From Octopus vulgaris (lineage: Eukaryota), in contig OX597814.1 of assembly GCA_951406725.2 (NCBI GenBank), positions 166,284,001-166,348,000 of the forward strand: 64,000 nucleotides of DNA, read 5' to 3'. The position numbers and the translations under genes were made by a program. Below the pieces are notes generated by a model. It did not search any database. It had not been told where the DNA came from and saw nothing but the letters and a program-made list of their open reading frames with translations. Below are positions 53,641 to 64,000 of this stretch, piece by piece; the first letter of the stretch is position 1; the number at the start of each line of letters is the position of its first letter.

Positions 53641-53727
53641 CGGTTTTTTTGACTATTTATTAAAATTTTATGTATTGATTAAGTCTTTCCTTGTTTGTTT
53701 TGCAAAATAGTGGTTTTGTCTCTAATA

Positions 53728-53789
<62 letters not shown>

Positions 53790-53791
<2 letters not shown>

Positions 53792-53957
53792 AGAGTTCAC
53801 GAAAAAACAACAAAAGACGAAGACAGGTGGTGTAGAAAACAAACAGCTGTATTAGTATAACGTTCAGGAATAGAAAAAGTCTTTTACGTTTCGAGCCTAC
53901 GCTCTTCTACAGAAAGGGACACAGAAAACTAACAAAGAGAGAAACAAGGCAAGAAAT
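53790..53957 (-). mobile_element. Short (TA)n-flanked element with a non-canonical hammerhead-like motif (related to 33376-33580)
   Basis: Minus strand ctgtagaa GAGC-gtag-GCTC GAAAC GTA; the same gtagaagag..ctcgaaac arrangement occurs at 32248-32270 and 33478-33503. Confidence 0.5.
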
Positions 53958-54539
53958 ATATATATACATACATACATACATACATACATACATACATACA
54001 TACATCCAATTGAATTTGTTTTATTGTTATTTGAGCTTATCTGTTTACTTCCTGTAAAATTTTTCCAATTTTATTTTCATGAATCATCATATCATTTTGC
54101 ATTTAATCTTAAAATATTGCTTTATATCACTTTCTTGGCTACAATGATAATTTTAATTTATTTTTAGTTGGCCTAAATAGCTAGCTACCTACATGTGCAG
54201 AGGTGACCTTCTTGCATTTTATTAATTTGTTTATTTCTTCACTGTCTACTTTTCTTTCTCCTTGATTTCATCCATTATCCTGAATTGTTAAAAAAAATAT
54301 TCAGTTCTCATTAAACTCGCACCTGTACAAGTTGCCTTGAAAGCATTATGTTTTGCATAAGTTTTGGATATATTTGATTTCACAATCGATCCAATATGGA
54401 CCGATTTGTATATTGTACCATTTGATATATCTAGAAATGCTTACGCAAAAGAAACGTGTCGGTGCATTTGTATAGTGTAATCTTCAATTAAAGATAATAT
54501 TCTTACTTTTTATTGGCTTTATATATGTATGCGTGTGCT

Positions 54540-54572
<33 letters not shown>

Positions 54573-54893
54573 ATATATTCTGAGACCCAGACCATGGGAT
54601 TGCCCCTAGAAAGTTACCCTCCCAGGCCCAAGTCCGAGCAAGGTTGTTTTATGAAAGACCAGCAGTCGCCTATGCATACCGGCCTCCCCTCTCCATGCCA
54701 CCAGTGTTATCCAAGGGAAAGGCAAACGCCGATACAGATTGGCACCTGTGACGTCGCAACTCATTTCTACAGCTGAGTGAACTAGAACAACGTGAAATAA
54801 AGTGTCTTGCTCAAGAACACCACACGCAGCCCGGTCCGGGATTCGAGCTCACAACCTCACGATCGTAAGCTCGACGCTCTAACCACTGAGCCA

Positions 54894-54982
<89 letters not shown>

Positions 54983-55001
54983 ATATGTATGTATGTATAT
55001 A

Positions 55002-55081
<80 letters not shown>

Positions 55082-55662
55082 TGTAGCTGTGTGGTAAGTA
55101 GCTTGCTTGCCAACCACATGGTTCCGGGTTCAGTCTCACTGCGTGGCACTTTGGGCAAGTGTCTTCTACTATAGCCTCGAGCCGACCAAAGCCTTGTGAG
55201 TGGATTTGGTAGACGGAAACTGAAAGAAGCCTGTCGTGTATATGTATATGTCCTCCCAACACCGCTTGACAACCGATGCTGGTGTGTTGATGTCGCCGTA
55301 TCTTAGCGGTTTGGCAAAAGAGACCGATAGAATAAGTACTAGGCTTACAAAGAATAAGTCGACGAAAGGCGGTGCTCCAGCATGGCCGCAGTCAAATGAC
55401 TGAAACAAATAAAAGAGTAAAAGAGTATATATATACACACGAGTGAGTAGACAAACCAAAGAAGGGCACTCAACACATTTATTGAGAGTTACATGTATGG
55501 ATCAAAATAGTTTGATCCAAATTCTTTGGTACTCCGAGTTTCAAGCGTGTCGCTAGTCTTCGGGCATCGGAGTCTGATGCCGAAGACTAGAAGTAACATT
55601 GAACAGTCACTTTGATGTGGCGATTGACTTGACTGATCTCTTCTTGAGATTTTATAATTAGC

Positions 55663-55720
<58 letters not shown>

Positions 55721-55723
<3 letters not shown>

Positions 55724-55825
55724 CTAATTTAGAGGCGAACCACCATTCTACAGTTCAGTCACTGAAGAACGCGTCCAAAACCATTGACTGAATTGTGGAA
55801 TGGTGGTTCCTCTCTAAATTAGTTA
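55721..55825. repeat. ~105-bp hairpin next to (TA)n
   Basis: Arms tagctaatttagaggcgaaccaccattctacagttcagtca / tgactgaattgtggaatggtggttcctctctaaattagtta. Confidence 0.75.
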
Positions 55826-55881
55826 TATACATATATTATATATTACGAAATTCGGTCTAATATTATTAATTCATTCCGTAA

Positions 55882-55936
<55 letters not shown>

Positions 55937-55939
<3 letters not shown>

Positions 55940-57656
55940 TAGTTTTATTTTTATAGTGTGCTTTCACTTTACTACCGAGCGCAGCTCTGTGTGCCTTGGG
56001 TATGTGCTGTGTTTTGTTGTGATGCTCTGATGGTTACTGTATTGAAAGTGTTTTGCGTAGGATGTGGGCAGTGCCCAATAGTGCAATTTTCTGTATGTTA
56101 TATGTGTTTGTAAGTCCCGGTATTTTTGTTATGTATTTGTATGAATTTTTTTTATCATGCCTAAGGCACCTACTATGATAGGAATTGTTTCTGTTTTTAG
56201 ACTCCACGTTCGAGTTACCTCTATTTCCAGGTCTTTGTATTTTGAGAGTTTCTCAATTTCTTTTAGAGACACGTTGTCATCTGCTGGTATTGATACATCA
56301 ATTAGAAAGCATTTTCTTCTTCATGATCTCTGACAACTATATCTGGTCTGTTGGCTTTAATTTCTCTATCTGTGTGTATCGGCATATCCCAGAGTATGGT
56401 TGCTTTCTCGTTTTCTGTGACCTTTTCTGGTGTGTGCCTATACCATCTTTTTTCTGTTGTTATTCCATAATATTGGCATAGGTTCCAACTCTGTCATGTC
56501 TGTGAATATATTCCTTCTTAGCCAGGACTGGGCAGCTAGAGATAATATGATTTATTGTTTCTTGTCCATCTCCACATATTCTGCAGTTACTTGTTATATT
56601 TCTTTTCATTATATGTTTTTGGTAATTTCTGGTGGGGAGGCTTTGGTCTTGTGCTGCAATTAAAAATCCCTCTGTCTCTGCTTTGAGTCCTGAGCTTATC
56701 AACCATTGCTGGGATTTTTCTTTGTCTATTTCTTTTGCGTTTAGTTTAGTCCCGTATTTGCCATGAAAGGGCTTTTCTTGCCATCGTTTTATCATGGTCC
56801 GTTGCTGTTCTAGTTTTAGTTTGGATTTCATTTGTTTTATAGCTTTTGTTTCTTCTTCTTCTTCTTCTTCTTCTTCTTCTTCTTCTTCTTCTTCTTCTTC
56901 TTCTTCTTCTTCTTCTTCTTCTTCTTCTTCTTCTTCTTCTTCTTCTTCTTCTTCTTCTTCTTCTTTGTTTGGTGGTATGATTTCTTGTTTGTATTTGTCA
57001 GCTTTCTTAATTACTGAGAACATTTTTTTTGCTCGTGTTTTGCCGCTATTTGTATCAGTTTCCCTTGCTTCTGAAGTAGATATTTTTGCAGTCATATGGT
57101 GGTTATTTTATAATAGTTTTCCAGCTGTATAAGGCCTCTACCACCTTCTTCTATACGTTGTATAAATAGCCTTTCTATATCAGATTTTGGGTGATGCATC
57201 CTAGATCCTGTCATTATTTATCTTGTTTTCCTATTTATTTTGGTTAGTTCATTTAGTGTCCAGTTAAGGATATTGTAGCTGTAACTTATAACTGGGACGG
57301 CTAAAGTGTTAATACCTATTATCTTGTTTTTAGCATTGAGTTCTGTTTTTAGTATTGATCTAACTCGTCTATAATATTATTTTTTTTATTTTCTCTTTCA
57401 TTTGTGTGTGTTGTGTCTTATCTAGTTCATGGATTCCTAAGTATTTGTAAGTTTGGCTTTGGTCTAATTCTTTTATTTCATTGGTTTTATCTAGTGTGAT
57501 GTTGCTACTCTTAACTAGTTTTCCTCTTTTCATGGTTACTTTGGCGCATTTTTCTAATCCAAATTTCATATATATTTCTTTGGTAAATCCATGAATTGTC
57601 TTTGGCAGTGCTTCCAGCTGTTTGTCATTTGTAGCGTACAGTTTTAGGTCATCCAT
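55937..57656 (-). mobile_element. 5'-truncated Dong/R4-like LINE inside a (TAA)n microsatellite
   Basis: Begins at RT motif MDDLKLYA..MKFGLEKCAK..YKYLGI, continues through the zinc knuckle and endonuclease; close match to 25835-27080; (ATT)n on both sides. Confidence 0.9.
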
Positions 57657-57660
57657 ATTA

Positions 57661-57739
<79 letters not shown>

Positions 57740-57929
57740 GATTTTTTTGCGTAATAAGACAAAAAAACCAAGGCTGTATAAATATTAGAGCATTTATAGA
57801 TAGGTCTTACAGCTGTTTCTATGATATTTATTAATTGTATCCCTTCATTGGAGACGGTGTGAGAGGATAGTTATGTCATAGTTACTTTAGATGTGATACA
57901 AAATAGAATGTGAGGTGTATGCATACATA

Positions 57930-57965
<36 letters not shown>

Positions 57966-58152
57966 TGTATGTATGTATGTATGTATGTATGTATGCATGT
58001 ATGTATGTATATTATGCACAATTTATGGATATAACTAATCTGATGGTGCTCATAATTGATGTTGGCTACGAGCTGATCGTAACCTTATGTATATCAACTG
58101 GTGAAATAAATATATTCATCTCATATCTCCTGACTTTCTTTATAGTTTATAT

Positions 58153-58207
<55 letters not shown>

Positions 58208-58284
58208 GCGTGTTCGTATATATGTATGCATATGTGTAGAGGGAGAGAGAGAGAGTGAGAGAGAAATAAATACAACAAGCGGGC

Positions 58285-59655
58285 AGTTACGCTGCGGTGA
58301 CTGGTAAAGGTCTAACAGCAGATATACTGCAAGTTAGAGGAATTGAATTGGAAGAAACAGACTTCAAGGAGCATAACAAACTATTGAGAAAGGAGGGAGA
58401 CAGCCTGGGGTTGACGCCTCCTAAGGAAGTCATAGAAAAAACAGAGATAAGAACCATAATATATAAAACGCTGAATATTGCAACGAAAAAGTGCAAATAG
58501 CAGCAGTGGAGGTGGTTGAGGTGTGTTTGAGAGACGTTAAGGATTCAACGACGTACTATACCAGAGGAAAGAAATACGGCACAGAGGAGGTGCGCGTCGT
58601 GAGTGAGGAAGAAGCGAGAAAGTACTCCGCTGTCCCTTTGAGATCGGCTGAGTGGGCGCTACTACCGACTTACTGTGGCAAACGTGCGGCCAGGGTAAGA
58701 ATAGGTAGAGTGCCCCCAGAAATTGATGAGGCGTGGCTGGTGGCAGCCATCCTCTATAATACAGAGGAGGACACCCAAATATTGAAAATGACGAGAACTA
58801 CGGAGGTGAATTAATGGAGTTATCGGTTCATTTAAGCTTGGCAGACTTCCACAAGATTGCGGAAGAACTGGTACTGCCAGACGAGACGAGGTTGAAAATT
58901 GTTGTGGAAGGAAGACCGCCTGTGTGTTTTCTATGTGGAGTAAGGGGACACATGAAAGCTAAGTGTCCCCAGGAACACGAAGAGGAGGAGACAGAGAAGG
59001 AATATCAGGAAGAAGAGGGTGCAACCGTAGAGGAGGAAAAAATGGAAGACCAGTACTCAGTGGTAAAAAGGAAAAAAAGTAATACAGACTCACCACCAAA
59101 AAGTCCTAGGAAGAAAAGAAAGGCAAGTGGAGAGGAGAGGCAGAGTGAAAAACAAGAGAATACGAATGAGAAGAGAAAAAAAAATGAAAGGTCAACAAAA
59201 GTATGTGAGGAACGAACGCAGAGACCATCAAGTAGCAAGGAGGAAAGAGTACACAAGGGAAAGGAAAATGAAAGAGTGATGAGAGCAACACAGAATGAGA
59301 GACAGACAGAGATAGAAATGCCAGCGGCAGAGGAGGGGATTGTTGAGGAGAGAAGGAGAGTGACACCAAAAAGGAAAAATGGTGCAATACACAAAAAGTG
59401 TAGAGATAGAGAAAAAGTTTGCGAAGATGAAGAACGTTATCAGAGTGAAATTAGCGGCCAACGAAAATAATGGTTTGAAAGCTGTTTTGCTGGAAAAAGA
59501 AAGAGGAGACAGATTGAAGGAGTTGTTTGGTGAAAGAATAGAGATGACAGGGATACAAATTTGTTACGACGAATTGCCGCTGGTAGTGAGTGGCCTTCGA
59601 AGATTTATTGGGGTATATTTTGTAAATAGTGATTTTGTGTGAATTAAAAAAAAAG
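58285..59655 (+). mobile_element. Degenerate ORF1/gag-like zinc-knuckle element, copy 1
   Basis: Frames with RVRIGRVPPEIDEAWL and KIVVEGRPPVCFLCGVRGHMKAKC (CX2CX4HX4C), an E/K-rich tract, then an A-rich end; no RT follows. Confidence 0.65.
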
Positions 59656-60039
59656 GAAACCAACAGAAACAAGACTGATATTGAACTGTTCATTTAAAAA
59701 CAGTAAAATGGAACTACCTGCTTATGGGGGTAGGTAAGCCATTCCATCCTCATTTTTCATTATATCCATAATTCATTCGATATATGTTTTTACGTACCTC
59801 ATGGTATTGTTTTGTCTGTTTTTGTGTTGTCCCTTCTCTATTGAGGCCTTGTGCCTAATTAAAGAAATAAGGACGTTGGTGTTGCCTTTGTTTGAGTTAG
59901 TCTTTTTGAGACTGTCTGTTGAATACAGCGTTTTTATTGCTGTTACGTTTATTGAAGCGACTTGCGCGTGGTTGTTTTTTGCAGTTTTTCCCCGTTGTTG
60001 GGATGAGAAAATTAGCTTTTCATCATGGAGGGCTGTGCG

Positions 60040-61330
60040 AGGACCGCTGCAATGGGAGTGGCTGCGCTGTTGGAGGCAAAGCAGTTGAAGATTGATATGG
60101 AGGAATTTGTAGAAGGCGAGCAGTTTTACAAGGAGAGGGAGGTGCAGGTGGGCTGGTCCCCCCTGAGGAAACGGTGAAGAACAAGAGTAGTGGGACGGTG
60201 GTGTGCCACATGCGGGTGGCCGCCACCAACAAGGTGGAAAAATTATCAGAGGACGATGTTGAAGAGTCTGGGATCCATAATGAGGAGGGCTGCATTTATT
60301 AGCGGAGGGGAAAGGTGCGGCGCGGTGGAGGTGGGGTTTTCCACCAAGGAGGAGTCGGCCTCACATTCCACCACTGTTCTGCGGTCGGACAGGGTAGCGC
60401 TGCTACCCGCGTGTGGGGGCGGGCGCAGTGTTCGAGTTCGAGTGGGGAGGGTGCCACCTGAAGTGGAAACAGAATGGGGCACTGGCTGCCGCTGAGGACG
60501 ATCCAGAGTTGGGACCAGTGGGAGGAACAAACAAGTTAAACTGGTGGGGATGCGGTGTTGAGATGTGGCTTTTTGCCACTTTTGAAGACATCGAGAGGGT
60601 CCCCTACCAGATGGAGATTGCAGAAGAGGGTTCGATTGAAGTTATTGTGGAGGGTCGTCGATCCAGTTGTTACATATGTGGAGTAGGAGGTCATATAAAG
60701 ACACAGTGCCCCGAGTACAAACATGCTCAGCTCAGAGTGAGAAGGTGGTGGAGAAGTGGACCAGGAAATGGAGATGGAAGGGGAAGCTAAGGCAGAGAAT
60801 GGCAGAGAGGACAGAAGCGATGCAAAGTGCGAAGAAGGGACTAGGGAGGACAGAACGAAGGGGGCAGGGGACGGGAGTGACGGGTTTGTCGGCCCCAAAA
60901 GGAGAAGGAAGGCAAGGTCAAGGGAACACTCACAGGGACCAGCAACAGAAACCGAGAGGACGCCCCAAAAAGGTGGGGAGCCGCCTAAACTTGAGCATAT
61001 GCATGAAGAGAAGACGAAATCAGGAGAGAAGGAAAGTCATAGGAAGTTCTTGATAATCTGCGAGAGAAGTGTGGAGGTGGAAGGAAGAGTATCAAGGTGG
61101 AAGGGACTGATGGGGGTGAGGCTGCTCAGAGAGGGATTCAATGAAAGTGAAAGGGGTGTTCTAGTGAATGAAGAGAGATGTGATGTGTTCATGGATTCAT
61201 ATGGTGAATTGGTGAATGTGATTGACGGGCTGTGGTTGCGTGACACTCCCTCGCCCGTAGTGGAATGTGAAGAGTTGGGAAGATTGGAGATGTGAGATAT
61301 GATATGAACAATATATAAAAAAAAGCATCA
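60040..61330 (+). mobile_element. Degenerate ORF1/gag-like zinc-knuckle element, copy 2 (diverged paralog)
   Basis: Frames with RVRVGRVPPEVETEW and EVIVEGRRSSCYICGVGGHIKTQC; same domain order as copy 1. Confidence 0.65.
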
Positions 61331-63209
61331 GTATGAAAATGTGAATGTATTGTTTTTTTCTTTTAAAAAGGTAAAAAAGAGGAAACTGTCCAAAACCGTG
61401 TCTGAATGTAACCACTCGACCTCGGAGGTCGAGTGGACGTTGCGCCTCGTTTTATCCTTATTCATAATTTCATTCGTTTCTTTTTCTTATTTCTTCCTTG
61501 CTCGATTTCCTTTTTATATTTTTGTTTCCCCGATTTTATGTTTTGTTCAACCGTCTCAACAGAGGCTCGAATGTTAATGTAATATGAATGAGATCTCGTA
61601 TTTTGCTACATACGAATTTCAAATATTTTAACCATGGTTCGTTCATGTGCGCAATCGAGATTTTATCCAATTAACGGTTGCTGTTCATGTCACCGGTCTG
61701 TAGCCCATCTGGAACTTTCCATGAACAAAGCCTATATTACTGTCAATAAAGCTACCAATTTCGCTGACGCCAGAGCCGGTACGACATTCTCCACTCACTC
61801 CAGTTTTTAGAGTCGAGCTTAGAATTGAACACTATAACTGTTTTAATGTTTGCATATTCAATCGGGTATATCGAAGAAGACATCACATGGCACTTAAATA
61901 TTTGTTCAATATGTTAAAAACCAGCCCAAGTGTTAAATTTCGAACAGACATTTTCCTTGCATGTCACATTGTTATTTCTACCTTACTATTTCTATATAGA
62001 TTGTCCGCAATGCGTGAAGATCTTTTCATACTTATACAACACAATAGATTGTGGTCAAACGTTTGCGTGGTGTTGTGAAATCACTACAAGACATTTTCTG
62101 TTAACTTGGTTTTACACGGGAACAACAAGCAGCCTAAACATATCTCAATTCCGCCATCAAATCTCGTTAAACTAAAAAAAAGAAAAAAATAGGCGCAGAA
62201 GTGGCTGTGTGGTAAGTAGCTTGCCTACCAACCACATGGTTCTGGGTTCAGTCCCACTGCGTGGCATCTTGGGCAAATGCCTTCTGCTATAGCCTCGGGC
62301 CGACCAATGCCTTGTGAGTGGATTTGGTAGACGGAAACTGAAAGAAGCCTGTCGTATATATGTATGCATATGTTTGTGTGTCAGTGTTTGTCCCTCTAGC
62401 ATTGCTTGACAACCGATGCTGGTGTGTTTACGTCCCCGTCACTTAGCGGTTCGGCAAAAGAGACCGATAGAATAAGTACTGGGCTTACAAAGAATAAGTC
62501 CCGGGGTCGATTTGCTCGACTAAAGGCGGTGCTCCAGCATGGCCGCAGTCAAATGACTGAAACAAGTAAAGAGAGTAGTGTGAAAGGACACTCTTCATAA
62601 ACTGAGACCACTAGACTCCGTGTTATTGTAATAACAAAGGCTCTCGTTGTTATTTTGATACGGGTTGGATATCTTCGCGTGTTCAGTTTCCAAGTTGTGA
62701 TGGTAACTTTTCCCACGAATATCATTGTTAAGTGATTCTCTATCTTATCATTTCTATATCATATGTAAATGCTATTTATGTCAACTTAACATGTTTTTTT
62801 GTTTCTGAATTGTTGAGGGAAAAACTTAATTCTAATTCCTGGTTTAGTATGAGAGTGTGTAGCGATTTACAGATAGTTGACTGCATAGTACAATTTAGAT
62901 TATCAGTTCTTCTCACATTCACTCCTTTCTTGTACCATACTCATATCTTTTGGGAAGTATATATCTATTTCATGTAATTGCACACCACACGCCTATACTG
63001 AAAATGATATATATAATGTTATTGCATCTGGAATAACATTTTCCCTAGAAGGTTGAGTCTGCAACCAAGGTTCGATTCCCGGCAAGAGCTCATTCTTTTA
63101 TTCAACGAAGCACAAAAATGATATATAATCCAGCAAGTGAATCTTTTTGCAGTTACTCGACCTCCTCGAAATAGAAGCTGGACTTTCTTTAAACCACGCC
63201 CCAGCCAGT

Positions 63210-63762
63210 GGTGAAACTACAATTGGTGCTACTTTGGCGTGTGATCTACAACTTAGAGGGTGATTACTTTAGGTTACTTTTTAGTTTACTTTTCAATTTC
63301 TAAAATCCCTTAAGATGTCGGCTAAAGATTTTTACAATGTGGTCAGCGACGAGACGAAGGTAGTTGCATTTTTACGAAGAAATGGCCTTTTAGATAATGA
63401 AGAAAATGCTGCACCGTGTCATCGTTGCGGTGGAGAAATAAAAGAAGCTCAAGGAAAAGGGGGAAACGGTGAAATTTTGCCAACTTATCAGTCTAACCGC
63501 ACCGGAAATGTTTTTTCTATTATATTGATTCAAATAACAAAATCCATTGCAATCTTTCTCTGTGTCAAATTTTCGAATTAATTATTTTCATTTTATTCAA
63601 GATGTCTCTTATGACAAGTTGCATCAGTTAACTGGTAGAAGTACTGAATCAAAATTTCGCGATTTTTCTTTTAGAAATTTAAAACTAAACTAAAAAGTAA
63701 CCTAAAGTAATCGCCCTTTAAATTGTAGACCACACGCCAAAGTAGCACTCTAGAGTTTTACC
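63210..63762 (+). mobile_element. Internally deleted DNA transposon, Merlin/IS1595-like
   Basis: ~80-bp imperfect TIRs starting GG (ggtgaaact..gtgctactttggcgtgtg..gattactttaggttactttttagttt and its mirror); remnant ORF FLRRNGLL..PCHRCGG resembles a transposase N-terminal zinc ribbon. No clear target duplication. Confidence 0.55.
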
Positions 63763-64000
63763 ATCCAAGCACCTACTTGGATGGGAAAACTCCTCCGAAA
63801 AGCACAACATAATGCGCTTGAAACATATCTGAACAAAAAGAAAAAGCGGTACATAAAGAAAAATACGTGATGGAAATTGGGATGTCCTATTAATTTATAA
63901 ACTGAAAACAAATAATATACAATATTAAGCGCAGGAGTGGGTGTGTGGTAAGTAGCTTGCTAACCAACCACATGGTTCCGGGTTCAGTCCCACTGCGTGG

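Larger units (their letters stand above)
38856..53735. mobile_element. Giant palindromic Penelope-like insertion in (TA)n: left arm 38856-46038, spacer 46039-48291, right arm 48292-53735
   Basis: Mirrored ORFs map x to 94331-x (42863/51468, 44179/50152, 45310/49021). Outer parts map x to 92592-x, a 1739-bp offset equal to one extra tandem unit on the left. (TA)n at 38720-38772 and 53735-53789. Confidence 0.9.

Noticed and set aside
54413-54468. Possible hammerhead (gaaacgtgtc with tgtacc/ggtgca)
   Set aside because: No recognisable CUGANGA core at the right spacing.

Overview
AT-rich, microsatellite-dense animal DNA. The tRNA-derived SINE families suggest an octopus or related coleoid cephalopod (inference). 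The left half holds the first five coding exons of a minus-strand LBP/BPI-family gene, assembled by hand with consistent splice phases (193 aa; the gene continues off the window). Its ~20.7-kb first intron carries an apparently intact DD34D mariner, Dong/R4-like and RTE LINE pieces, MITEs, Helitron/Helentron-type elements and SINEs. The most unusual region is 31.7-55.9 kb. It contains a ~14.9-kb palindrome around a near-intact Penelope-like retroelement (YRDD reverse transcriptase, CxC-x5-C linker, C-terminal GIY-YIG), with multi-kb G/T-skewed tandem-repeat arms that each end in a type I hammerhead ribozyme next to (TA)n. Around it lie several small non-coding tandem or palindromic elements, also in (TA)n, each with its own hammerhead motif (retrozyme-like passengers). 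The right end has a Dong-like LINE inside a (TAA)n tract, two tandem ORF1-only zinc-knuckle elements and a deleted Merlin-like transposon. All calls come from manual reading; no database searches were run.
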